NCBI GenBank assembly: GCA_963744945.1
Contig: CAVUVO010000022.1
Location: forward strand, 17,609 to 81,608
Length of the DNA: 64,000 bases
Direction of reading: 5' to 3'
Source of the DNA: an uncultured Alphaproteobacteria bacterium
GTDB lineage: Bacteria > Pseudomonadota > Alphaproteobacteria > Rhizobiales > Methyloligellaceae
Part shown: piece by piece, positions 48,159 through 57,401 of the stretch
Layout: the number at the start of each line of letters is the position of its first letter
Position numbering within the stretch: position 1 is the first letter of the stretch
Program-made: the position numbers and the translations under genes
Notes under the pieces: model-generated
The model's database searches: none
Seen by the model: the letters and a program-made list of their open reading frames with translations, nothing else
What the model was told of the DNA's origin: nothing

Positions 48159-49151
48159 ATGACGCACGCAATCCGCGTTCACGCTTACGGCGGGCCGGAG
48201 GTTCTCAAATGGGAGGAGGTCGAGATAGGCCCGCCCGGTCCAGGTGAGGTGCGCATCAAGCAGACGGCGGTCGGCCTCAACTATATCGACGTCTATTCGA
48301 GGACCGGATACTACCCGCAACCCTCGCTCCCCTTCGTCCCCGGCATGGAGGGTGCCGGCGTGATCACGGCGATAGGCGAAGGCGTCAAGGACCTCAAAGT
48401 CGGGATGCGCGTCGCCTATGCCGGACCCATTGGCGCCTATGCCGAAGAGCGGCTGATCGCGGCGGATCGGGTGGTCAGGCTGCCGTCAGGTATAAGCGAC
48501 GAGATCGCTGCTTCGATCATGCTCAAGGGCATGACCGCGCAATATCTCCTGCGGCGGACCTATATTGTCGGCCCCAAGACGACGCTTCTGTTCCATGCGG
48601 CTGCCGGCGGCGTCGGGCTGATCGCCTGCCAATGGGCGGCAGCGCTCGGCGCCACGGTGATCGGCACGGTCGGCTCGGCAGGCAAGGCGCTGATCGCGCG
48701 GGCGCATGGCTGCACCCATGTCATCAACTACCGCGAGGAAGACTTCGTCACCATGGTCAAGGCCTACACCGACGGCAAAGGCGTCGACGTGGTCTATGAC
48801 TCGATCGGCAAGGACACGTTTCCTGCTTCGCTCGATTGCCTGAAGCCGCTCGGCATGTGGGTGAGCTTCGGCCAGGCCTCCGGCCCGGTGCCTGAGTTCA
48901 AGATCACGCTCCTGTCGCAGAAGGGCTCGCTCTACGCGACGCGGCCATCCCTCCAGCATTACACGGCGAGCCGGAAGGATTTGGTCGCCACGGCCAACGA
49001 TCTGTTCGACGTGGTCGGCTCAGGCAAGGTGAAAGTCTCGGTCAGCCAGACCTATCCTCTGGCCGAGGCCGCGCGCGCGCATCAGGATCTCGAGGCGCGT
49101 CTGACCACCGGCTCGACGGTGCTGTTGCCGACCACTCCAACGGCGTTCTAG
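48159..49151 (+). CDS. qor: NADPH:quinone oxidoreductase (zeta-crystallin/Qor)
   Basis: GLNYIDVY, HAAAGGVG, GVDVVYDSIG and KGSLYATRP. Confidence 0.9.
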   Translation: MTHAIRVHAYGGPEVLKWEEVEIGPPGPGEVRIKQTAVGLNYIDVYSRTGYYPQPSLPFVPGMEGAGVITAIGEGVKDLKVGMRVAYAGPIGAYAEERLIAADRVVRLPSGISDEIAASIMLKGMTAQYLLRRTYIVGPKTTLLFHAAAGGVGLIACQWAAALGATVIGTVGSAGKALIARAHGCTHVINYREEDFVTMVKAYTDGKGVDVVYDSIGKDTFPASLDCLKPLGMWVSFGQASGPVPEFKITLLSQKGSLYATRPSLQHYTASRKDLVATANDLFDVVGSGKVKVSVSQTYPLAEAARAHQDLEARLTTGSTVLLPTTPTAF

Positions 49152-49247
49152 CGGCGCTGCGGCGATCTCTCGCCTTTTAGGAAAATCGTTCTTGGTTAGC
49201 GGCTGGTGACGCCGATTGGTCAAGGAGTCCTTGCCAACGCACCCCAA

Positions 49248-49255
49248 TTAACCAT
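49248..49255 (+). promoter_or_regulatory. Possible CtrA half-site TTAACCAT
   Basis: TTAACCAT plus further TTAA/TTAAC words at 49320-49352 upstream of the Sel1 gene; no perfect full site. Confidence 0.35.
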
Positions 49256-49461
49256 TACCCCCGGCAAACGCGTGCTCACGTAAACCAGTGTTACGTCGGC
49301 GTTTAGGTTCGGTCAGCTTGCGTTAAGCACGCCAATTCAGACGTTGTTTAACGCCCAACCCCAAGATCGCCCGCATCGAAGTTGGACGAGCTCGTGGGAC
49401 GCCAAAGCAATCATGCAGCGTCCGGCGAAGGGTACCAGGAAGACAATAGGGGGCGGGTAAA

Positions 49462-49728
49462 ATGGCACGCATGGAAATGGGGATGGATCGGTTCGCGGTC
49501 GCGGCGGGGAGCGGTGCGCCGGACGCGCTGTTCGAGCTCGGCATCCTTTACGCAACCGGGCTCGACGTCGAGGCCGACCTCGTCGCGGCGCATAAATGGT
49601 TCAATCTTGCGGCGATGCGGGGAAACCGCGCCGCGCTCGCGCATCGCACCGAGCTTGCCCGCGAGATGTCGGCAAGTCAGATCGCCCAAGCCCAGAAGCT
49701 TGCGCGCGAGTGGCTCGCCACAAATTAG
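49462..49728 (+). CDS. Small Sel1-repeat protein
   Basis: ALFELGILYATG..DLVAAHKWFNLAAMRG. Confidence 0.85.
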   Translation: MARMEMGMDRFAVAAGSGAPDALFELGILYATGLDVEADLVAAHKWFNLAAMRGNRAALAHRTELAREMSASQIAQAQKLAREWLATN

Positions 49729-49746
49729 GGCACGGGGAAATCGCGC

Positions 49747-50484
49747 CTAGTTCGCGCCTTCCGTCTGTTCGCGGCATCTGCGGAACAGCGAGCGGACGCA
49801 GCGATAGGTGTTGCGGGCGATTGATTTGACGCGGCTCTTGTGCTCCGGCGGCGCCGCGCTCTCGGCAGGAATTGCCCCTGCGGAGGGAACGATCGGCGGC
49901 TCTGCCGCGCTCAAAGGAATGGCTGGCGCATTCTCGCCCGGCAGATCCGGCAATGGCTCGTGCGAGGCCAAGCCGGCGGGCGGCGGGTTGCTCGGCGCCG
50001 GGCTCTGTTCCGGCTCGTCGCGGCCGGCGATCGAGGCGCGCATATTGCGTATGCCGCGGCGCGACGCACTCACAGCCTGGCCCGTCACCTCGACCAGCGA
50101 CTTGCGGTCCTCATGGTCGAAGGCCTTCTGCTCCTTATGTATGCGGTCCGTGAGTTTCTTGACGCGCGGATCCTCGGCAATGCCATCGGGGATGCCCGGA
50201 CCATCATAACTGTAGGTCTTTTCGATGCCGTTGCAGCCGGCATCGGCATCGCGCGCGCCGCAAGAAGCGTGCCCGCCTTCCTTGGCGGTGCGCACCACGC
50301 AATAGAGCTTCACCGCGTCGCTGCGGTTCACCTCTTCTCCGGTGACGCGGCAGAGATAAGTCTGATCGGGGCCCTTGCAGGTGACGCAATAGGCGACATC
50401 GCCCGCCCCCGCGCTCGAAAGAGCACAGAGCAGGAGGGCTACTGCTAGGGGTACCGCCGAGCCTATGGCGCGGGCGTGACGCAT
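49747..50484 (-). CDS. Exported Cys-containing hypothetical protein
   Basis: Signal peptide; YCVTCKGPDQTYLC; Pro-rich linker; C-terminal TYRCVRSLFRRC. Confidence 0.7.
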   Translation of the reverse strand: MRHARAIGSAVPLAVALLLCALSSAGAGDVAYCVTCKGPDQTYLCRVTGEEVNRSDAVKLYCVVRTAKEGGHASCGARDADAGCNGIEKTYSYDGPGIPDGIAEDPRVKKLTDRIHKEQKAFDHEDRKSLVEVTGQAVSASRRGIRNMRASIAGRDEPEQSPAPSNPPPAGLASHEPLPDLPGENAPAIPLSAAEPPIVPSAGAIPAESAAPPEHKSRVKSIARNTYRCVRSLFRRCREQTEGAN

Positions 50485-51167
50485 CGATTGAAACTTCCCC
50501 CTGTCACTGCCGTCGATTTGCAGTCTAACACGGTATGCGCGCATACCGACCATTTTCCAGGCAGAGTGCGGACCAAATTTCGCGAGAAATCGGGCGAAAT
50601 CGTGGGCTTCGGGTCAATTCGTTGGAATGACCTCGCCGCTTGAGGCGAACCAGCGCCACTTGCACGCGCGCCGGCGCCCACTCAAGTTGGTGCTGTTGAC
50701 CCAGGGAGCCCGGGTCGTTACCTCTTTTCCTGGCAATGTCCGATATGAAGGCGCGAGCGCCCTCACCAATGAGTTTCTAAAAGGGCGTCCCGACGCAATT
50801 CGTCGGTTGCGGGACGTCGAACCCGCTTTTTACAAATTCACACCGTCGCTGATCATCGGAATGTTTCCCGATGTGAACGAAACGCTGGCGACTATTCTCT
50901 GCACTCGGTTTGCAGAATTTATGCAGACCTAAAATCGGCGGATACTTTGCTGCGCGTCCCTGGCCCCGGCAGCTCAGAGCCGGCCCGGCGGCATGAAACT
51001 ATTAGCGCCGCGGAAGCGCACCGGGGCAATGTAAAAGGAACCCCGGTGCTGCGGCCTCGCTTTTTTAGCGCGCTGTTGCATCCGCGCCAGACGAAGAGAA
51101 GCCGACTCATGCTAGGCAAATTTCGCTGACCTCGGACGTCAGCGCTCACTAAAGATTTTCCCAGCCT

Positions 51168-51196
51168 TAGCCCCGGTTCGCCGGGGCTTCTTTTTT
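51168..51196 (+). terminator. Rho-independent terminator with no obvious upstream CDS
   Basis: AGCCCCGG-ttcg-CCGGGGCT-TCTTTTTT. Confidence 0.65.
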
Positions 51197-51652
51197 GGAA
51201 CTCCCCTGATCCTCGCGGGTTTAGCTGGTTAGACGCGTCCACCTCCAGCCTGACCATGCGAAGCCCGACTTCGCAGGGCGCGTAAAAAGATAGGAAGCCC
51301 CGGTCCCACCCCTTCTCCGGGGCTTTCTGCTACCCGGCGCGGCGGCCTCGCTGTTCGGTGACCTAGACCTTGGTCTAGCTATCCCCAGACCTATGCGCAC
51401 TGGCTCCTTGCGCTTGGAACTTGCAATCATCCTTCGCCGGACCGACGTCAATTTCCATCGGTAGCGCCCCCCGTCTAGCCGAGACGTGGCCCGGTTATGC
51501 CCGGCTCCCCAACCGGTGCATAGGAGAAGCCCCGTCGCCCCCCGTTGCGGGCCTTCCTCATTCCTAGGAGATGCAACCTGAGCAGAGGGCGTCGGCTTCG
51601 GCTGGCGCCCTTTGTTATATAATCGAACCCAGTCGCACTAAGGAGTTCGACA

Positions 51653-52387
51653 ATGTCGATTTGGGAGAAGTTGGCCGGCGCGACGGCAGAGTCGCTGAGG
51701 GCTGGTTCAATCGGGGCAGTGCTCGGCAGCGTGAACGGCAAGGAAGCAGGGAAGGACCAGGTAGCGTTCACCGTTGGTGTGATCGCGCTAGGTGCCAAAA
51801 TGGCCAAGGCCGACGGCGTCGTTACTAGAGACGAGGTGAATGCCTTAAAGAAGGTATTTAAAATACCCGCTGGCGAGATGAAGAATGTCGCCAACATTTT
51901 CAATTTGGCCAAGCAGGACGTGATCGGCTACCAGGCTTATGCCGAGCAGCTTGCCGCCATGTTAAAGGGTAATCGCAGGCTACTCGAGGACGTCCTGGAA
52001 GGTCTATTCCACATAGCGAAGGCCGACCAGGTGCTGCATGCGCGGGAGGTGGAGTTTCTAGCCGAGGTCGCCAAGCGTTTCGGCATCACCAAGACCGCGT
52101 TCAGCCATATTAAGGCGCGCCACGTCGTTGTAACGAAACGCGACCCTTACGAGGTGCTGGGCGTCAAGGCCTCGATTGGCAAGGATGAGCTAAAGAGCCA
52201 CTATCACAGGCTGGTGACGGAAAACCATCCGGACAAGCTGATTGCCCGCGGCGTTCCGAAGGAGTTCGTCGCGATCGCCACCGAGAAGCTCGCCGCAATC
52301 AACGAGGCCTATGCCCAGATTGCAAACGAGCGGGTGGACGTAGTCGAGCAATTTGATGCTGCCTGGCGACGACGCGGTGCTGATTGA
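51653..52387 (+). CDS. DjlA-like protein (TerB-like plus J-domain)
   Basis: AFTVGVIALGAKMAKADG, LFHIAKAD, DPYEVLG and HPD; AAGGAG RBS. Confidence 0.88.
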   Translation: MSIWEKLAGATAESLRAGSIGAVLGSVNGKEAGKDQVAFTVGVIALGAKMAKADGVVTRDEVNALKKVFKIPAGEMKNVANIFNLAKQDVIGYQAYAEQLAAMLKGNRRLLEDVLEGLFHIAKADQVLHAREVEFLAEVAKRFGITKTAFSHIKARHVVVTKRDPYEVLGVKASIGKDELKSHYHRLVTENHPDKLIARGVPKEFVAIATEKLAAINEAYAQIANERVDVVEQFDAAWRRRGAD

Positions 52388-52417
52388 TTTTCACTTGCCG
52401 GGGTAGGCACCTCAGAG

Positions 52418-52633
52418 TCAGGCGACTCTATCAACCCTCGCGGGGCGTGAAATTAGGAAAGCCCCCCCATTCGCATTAAGATAGGCATCTGTGCTCGTTA
52501 GGAATGGCCCAACGGGTGCACTCTCCGATGGACAGCCGGGAGCCCTCGACCACCAGCACCAACCGTCGCCTCGCCAAAAAATTTCAATATTTCCGGTATT
52601 GAGACTGTGAAAGCCCTGATAGCGACCCGCCAT
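52418..52633 (-). CDS. Small hypothetical protein
   Basis: MAGRYQGFHS..EIFWRGDGWCWW..PGC..PVGPFLTS; GGGGG RBS. Confidence 0.55.
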   Translation of the reverse strand: MAGRYQGFHSLNTGNIEIFWRGDGWCWWSRAPGCPSESAPVGPFLTSTDAYLNANGGAFLISRPARVDRVA

Positions 52634-52703
52634 GTCGATAACCCCCCGCGCAATGCCCAACCAACAAACGCAATCGATGTACGGAAGGTTCCAAGGGCCG
52701 ACC

Positions 52704-52925
52704 TCAGTAAAGCCGGTGCAATCGCGCGGGGCGCCGGCTTCGGCCTGGCGCCCTCCGCCGCATAGCGTGAAGCGCCCGTAGATCCTCTTCTGACAGCCTG
52801 ACCTTCTTATCGTCAGACGACCACCAGATGTTGCAATCCATGGAGCCGGTGAGGCGCTTGCCCCGGTTGTCGATCTCAACCAGGGGACGCTTGCATTCAA
52901 AGCAGTGGTTGGTGGCTTCCGTCAT
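52704..52925 (-). CDS. Small hypothetical protein with a degenerate Zn-ribbon
   Basis: MTEATNHCFECKRPLVEID...GSMDCNIW. Confidence 0.5.
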   Translation of the reverse strand: MTEATNHCFECKRPLVEIDNRGKRLTGSMDCNIWWSSDDKKVRLSEEDLRALHAMRRRAPGRSRRPARLHRLY

Positions 52926-53013
52926 GCCTGCATGATACCGTAGCCCGGGCTTCGGTCGGCGCATGTTCTTGTCGCTCACCGGAACTCAGCATTTAAGTAA
53001 CCGGAGAATACAC

Positions 53014-53262
53014 ATGAAAAAGATAAGCGTGCTTGGAGCGACTCTATTGGGAGCAGCAGTGCTGTGCGCGGCGCCTATATCGCTTCATCTATCCCAAGAC
53101 AAAGGTATGTCTTTGTCCGCGGACAAGGCGCAAGCATATATCCCTGCTGGTACACCCTGTAAGGAGGCGGCAAAGACTGCATTCCCGACGGATAGGAAGA
53201 CCCGCCACGACTTCAAGCGTGAGTGCAAGCAAGCCTGGAAGGCCCAGAATAAGGGCGCCTAG
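53014..53262 (+). CDS. Small secreted basic protein with two Cys
   Basis: GGAGAA RBS; signal peptide; PCKEAAK...ECKQAWK; hairpin at 53293-53323 follows. Confidence 0.65.
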   Translation: MKKISVLGATLLGAAVLCAAPISLHLSQDKGMSLSADKAQAYIPAGTPCKEAAKTAFPTDRKTRHDFKRECKQAWKAQNKGA

Positions 53263-53451
53263 CATAATCAGCAGATCGAGATTGCCAAGAAAGGGAGAGG
53301 GGACCGATCTAGTTCCCTCTCCCAGTTTTTAGAGCCGTAGGGCGGGGCAATAGCTCAACAATACAAAGCGGAGACCGCCCGGCGCGGCGGCCTCGCTCTT
53401 ATGATGGGAAATGGGTCTGACGGGGGGACACCACCGGCCCCTCTTTTGCCG

Positions 53452-53974
53452 CTAGTAACCGCAAATCCAAATGTAGCCGCTGGGTGTCCATTGCCAGCAG
53501 GTGCCTACGCCATAGCCCCACCAGCGTCCGCCATACCAGCGACCGCCTCGATAACCGCGATAACCATAGTTACGATGGCCATAGTTGCGATGGCCGTAGT
53601 TGCGATGGCCATGGCCACCGCCATGGTGACGCCCGCCGCCGCCATGGTGACGCCCACCGTGACGTGACGCCACCGCCGCCATGGTGACGCCCACCGCCGC
53701 CATGATGACGCCCGCCGCCTCCATGCCCGCGACCACCACCTCCTCTGCCACCGCCACCTCTGCCGCCACCGCGTCCCACACGGACAATTTCGCTCTCGGG
53801 TTTGACAAGCTCGGGATCTAAGCCGTTGTGCAGCATTGACACTGCGGCGCGAGCTGGGGCTGACAGCACGGGCAACGCGACGGCACTCGCGACGGCAATG
53901 CCGAATAGGAAATCTCTGCGCGAGAGTCGCTCTTCAGTGTCGGGGCTGGTACCTGGGGGGTCGGCATCAAGCAT
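53452..53974 (-). CDS. Tat-signal Gly/His/Arg/Tyr-rich repeat protein; frameshift near 53665
   Basis: SRRDFL twin-arginine motif; GGRHH and GHRNY repeats; terminal CWQWTPSGYIWICGY. Confidence 0.7.
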
Positions 53975-54093
53975 TGGCAAAATGATCCTCTTGTGTAAGG
54001 AGTCTGCTCCCCGCGCGCGCCCATAATGATGCGCCTGGGATGTGTCAGTCAAGAAGCGGACGAGACACCCCGTTGAAACCGGCAAGGTGCCAA

Positions 54094-54315
54094 ATGGACA
54101 AGGGGCGTGCAGCAAAATTTGCATGGCCGGCGATTTTGCTGTGCATGGCGGCCGCCGGTGCATACTTGCTGTTTTGGCCGAAACCCGAGCCAGATGTTGC
54201 CTTTCAACTATGCGTCGAGCGATACCAACTGGCGCGCGGACTGACAGACGAATACCTCGCGAAAGACCTTGCGGCTCTCAAATACATATATACGCAGTGC
54301 AAGAGCGCTCGATAG
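54094..54315 (+). CDS. Small membrane-anchored hypothetical protein
   Basis: TM helix FAWPAILLCMAAAGAYLLFW followed by a short two-Cys domain. Confidence 0.45.
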   Translation: MDKGRAAKFAWPAILLCMAAAGAYLLFWPKPEPDVAFQLCVERYQLARGLTDEYLAKDLAALKYIYTQCKSAR

Positions 54316-54620
54316 TTGTATAGCCTAGCGCGAGCGCGGATGCTCACACCAGGGCAGTCGGACAAGAAACTCGACAAATCCTGTGATGCGTACCACGACG
54401 CCTGCTGGCTGCTGATCGCGCTCACTTGCCCTACCAATCGTTCAACTTTGTGATGATCCAAAATCCAGCGGCCCCTGCTAAACCACCCGCAGCGGTTAGG
54501 GCAAAAGCTTCGCGCCCCTCTCCGTCCGAAGCTGCCGGTGGATGCGCGGCATCTCGCCATACTGAAAGAGGCGCGAAGCGACTGCGGCAAGTGTACGGGT
54601 GGCGGTGATCCATAGAAGGC

Positions 54621-54641
54621 GTGACCATTCCGTGACCAATT
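54621..54641 (+). repeat. Tandem 11-bp repeat, integrase-arm-like, copy 1
   Basis: GTGACCATTCC-GTGACCAATT; 19/21 identical to 61675-61695. Confidence 0.65.
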
Positions 54642-54657
54642 ACGCTAACGGGCCGTT

Positions 54658-54685
54658 ATCTCGGCTAATGACCCGAAGCAGACAT
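54658..54685. repeat. Hairpin unit, loop type 3
   Basis: ATCTCGGCT-AATGACCCGA-AGCAGACAT. Confidence 0.7.
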
Positions 54686-54905
54686 TCCTGAGGACGCTGT
54701 GACAAAACAGCGGTGGTATTTATTTTGCTCTTACAACCATAAGGTGATATTTTTATTGTGCGTCTGGCCTTCATGGAGGTCAGGGCTATGTGTCTCCCGC
54801 AAGAGACGTATCAAAGTTTCGTTTCCCAATCTTCGCCCGAGCTGACCGCCCCCGCGCTTGAGAGCAGGGACGAACATGCTCGTCTACCAACCAAGGGAGG
54901 ATGCA

Positions 54906-55238
54906 ATGAGAAGATTGTTCCTGATCCTTTGCCTGTTGTTGGTCGTCACGGCTCTTGGCAGCAGCGCTTCATTGGCGCAGTCCAAACTCGACGCGAGTAT
55001 CCTTTCTTATGACGGTAAGGACTTTGTTCGAACCGAAACAACGTTGATGAATGCAGGAAAATCCGCCGTGGGTACAAAACTTGATCCTGCTGGCGCCGCC
55101 TACAAGGCCTTGGTCCAAAAACGCTCCTACACCGGGCCACACACCGTTTTTGGTCGAGACTATCAAGCTAACTTCGCACCGCTCGTCGGTGAAGACGGCA
55201 AAATAACCGGTGCCCTGTTCGTGGGTGTGCCGAAATAG
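54906..55238 (+). CDS. Stand-alone secreted Cache (Cache_3/Cache_2-like) domain protein
   Basis: Signal peptide; DFVRTETTL...AVGTKLD...YTG..VFGRDY...GKITGALFVG; GGAGG RBS. Confidence 0.75.
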   Translation: MRRLFLILCLLLVVTALGSSASLAQSKLDASILSYDGKDFVRTETTLMNAGKSAVGTKLDPAGAAYKALVQKRSYTGPHTVFGRDYQANFAPLVGEDGKITGALFVGVPK

Positions 55239-55373
55239 TCGAACACTGAGAACGTGCCACAAGCGCCGCTAACCCGCGCCAGAGGTTGCGTGGGGATCGA
55301 AACCTTTCCTTTTAACCCCCGGCGTGGCTCTGCTCTTCTCCCCGCGCCGGGGTCCTTTCTTCAAGGCGTGCCA

Positions 55374-55403
55374 ATGTCGTCCTTAGTCGCACTTATCGGA
55401 CAT
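55374..55403. repeat. Hairpin unit, loop type 1 (degenerate)
   Basis: ATGTCGTCCTTAGTCGCACTTATCGGACAT. Confidence 0.55.
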
Positions 55404-55471
55404 GACATCGTGGTCTTACATTGCTGGCCTAAGATCGCCAGTTCGAGCGTAGTCAAGAAAAGGAGTACCCA

Positions 55472-55891
55472 ATGGCAAGAGATATGACGCCGCGCCAGGT
55501 GGCTGAGGCTTATTTGGCGGCTTGGAACGCCCACGACGCCGACGCCGCGGCTGCACTCATGGCCGATGATGTCACCTATTTCGACGTCATCGTCGGCAAG
55601 CCGCAGAAAGGGCGTGATGCAGCCCGTGACAAGGTCATCAAGCTTTTCGTGACGGCAGCGCCTGATCTCACTTTTAAGATGACGGGTGAGCCAATCGAAA
55701 GCGCGAATGGCATCGCGTATGAATTTACCTTCGCCGGCACCAATACGGGCGGCTGGGGGGCGGACACGCCGGCGACCGGCAAGCCGTTTAGCTTCAACGG
55801 AGTGACCTTCATGCGGGTCGAGAACGGCAAGATCGTCTATCAGGGCGACTGGTATGATTCAGTAGCCGGCCCGACGATGCGTGCCCGATAG
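55472..55891 (+). CDS. SnoaL-like/ester cyclase (NTF2-fold) protein, C-terminus apparently truncated
   Basis: YLAAWNAHD, AAPDL, FAGTNTG, PATGKPFSFNGV and GKIVYQGDWYD. Confidence 0.75.
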   Translation: MARDMTPRQVAEAYLAAWNAHDADAAAALMADDVTYFDVIVGKPQKGRDAARDKVIKLFVTAAPDLTFKMTGEPIESANGIAYEFTFAGTNTGGWGADTPATGKPFSFNGVTFMRVENGKIVYQGDWYDSVAGPTMRAR

Positions 55892-55894
55892 AAA

Positions 55895-56050
55895 GGTCTG
55901 CTTCTGGCTGCGGCGTCGCCAGGCGGATACCCCTCTGTTTCAACGATGACTCCGCTTAGCCTCGCTGTCGGGAGCTTGTGGACCAGCGTCTTCCCGATCA
56001 GATACTGCGCAAGCTCCATCGTTCTCACAGGCAAGTCTGCCCGGCGAAGG
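55895..56050 (-). pseudogene. N-terminal fragment of a 3-methyladenine DNA glycosylase (MPG/AAG)
   Basis: ELAQYLIGKTLVH...SGVIVETEGY..GDAA, then an abrupt end. Confidence 0.7.
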
Positions 56051-56145
56051 CACTCGAGGCTGCATTGAAGGGGGTTCATTGCGACATCTATGGATTCTGA
56101 AACGCCAGCGGCGGGCTTTGATGCGGCAAAGCCATCATCAGCTCC

Positions 56146-56445
56146 CTATGTCTTTGGGAGGCCCAACTCACTAACCATTTCAAGCCACAAACCGAAATAA
56201 GCGAACGCACCGAGGGCCGCGAGGAAAGCGGCCAGCACGAGCCACCGCCCATTTCGCGCCAGAACGAAGGCTGGCAGCGTGAACGGCAAAAAGATCAGCA
56301 TGAAGGCGAAGCCCACCCCCACCATCTCCATCCCATCTCCCCGTGGATCCGCGTGCTGAAACAAGAAAACCGTTAGGAACACAATGAACGCAGCTTCCAT
56401 TCCGCAGGCGAGGAGCACGCTGAAACGAAGCCTTTTTTCGCCCAT
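56146..56445 (-). CDS. Small three-TM hypothetical protein; the ORF extends to 56763
   Basis: Hydrophobic helices around HADPRGDGMEMVG. Confidence 0.55.
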   Translation of the reverse strand: MGEKRLRFSVLLACGMEAAFIVFLTVFLFQHADPRGDGMEMVGVGFAFMLIFLPFTLPAFVLARNGRWLVLAAFLAALGAFAYFGLWLEMVSELGLPKT

Positions 56446-56769
56446 AGAAGGCGATTTGCTCACCGCGTTCCGCGATGCTGCAAACCAAATTGTTTCACCG
56501 GTATTTGTGAGGACGAAGGAGGTCAGTTCCTTGTTGGCGGGGACTACGCTCCGAATCGCCTTGGAAATTTCGAGAAGGGCTACCAAGGCTGGCCAAAGAA
56601 CAAGTGAGAATACGGCCAATGAGAACAGGGCCGTCCCTATTGAAAGGAGCAATGTTCCGAAATCTGTCATGCGAGCCCGCAGCCCCACTCGTCCAAAAAA
56701 GAGAGGACTGCGCCTACCAAGGAACCCTCCGAGTATCAGAAGCAGCGACAACCAGCCGCGCATCTGCGC

Positions 56770-57015
56770 TTAGCCTGAAAAGGCGTACGCTCCGGTAAGC
56801 CAAAGCACGATGGCGGAAGTGGAGGCGACGCTTTGCGCAATGGCAGCACGCGCATTCAACCGCCCTATCTCACGTAGTTCTTTGGAGGGGTTCGTCATCT
56901 CATCCCCTAAGTCGTGAGATGAGACTTTAAACCACCACCAGGCGGCGAGAGCTTGGGCTACCATCCCCATCCCGCCTATCATGGGCATGATCAATCGGGG
57001 GTCCACTACGTACAT
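56770..57015 (-). CDS. Small membrane hypothetical protein
   Basis: Two hydrophobic segments; GGCAGGAA RBS-like sequence. Confidence 0.45.
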   Translation of the reverse strand: MYVVDPRLIMPMIGGMGMVAQALAAWWWFKVSSHDLGDEMTNPSKELREIGRLNARAAIAQSVASTSAIVLWLTGAYAFSG

Positions 57016-57239
57016 CTGCGTGTTTCCTGCCTTCGTTTAGAAGTAGCTGTATGTTCGCTGCTCTAATTATAGCCACGGTTTTAGATCGCAGCCTGGCGCT
57101 CCCCGTCACCCGGCGATAGCCCGCCATACTCCAAGGCAAGGAAGACGATAGTATGCTCCGAAGGTCGAGATACGCATGGCTTGTGGACCCAGCGGCAGTG
57201 GGACGGACAAACTGAGGAGCAGTCGGTTGGCGGCGACGA

Positions 57240-57358
57240 ATGACCGCTATTTGCACTTAACGGACGTCGATGCTGTCGCTCAGCATGTCCGCTTTCGGGG
57301 GCAAAGCGGACACCCCTAGTTCGCTCGCTAATGTCCGCTAATGACCCAAAGCGGACAT
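57240..57358. repeat. Triple hairpin array (loop types 1-2-3) with 17-nt spacers
   Basis: ATGACCGCT-ATTTGCACTT-AACGGACGT [17 nt] ATGTCCGCT-TTCGGGGGCAA-AGCGGACAC [17 nt] ATGTCCGCT-AATGACCCAA-AGCGGACAT. Confidence 0.85.
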
Positions 57359-57401
57359 CTCAGCTCGCCGAGGAGGCGAGCAGCCAAGCCGGATGCGGGG
57401 T

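Noticed and set aside
50627-50932. 101-aa ORF at the island margin
   Set aside because: No RBS, no recognisable motif, and it straddles the presumed boundary.
57240-57358. Mini CRISPR array
   Set aside because: Spacers are only 17 nt, the repeats differ systematically in their loops, there are at most three units per site, and no cas gene or leader is present.
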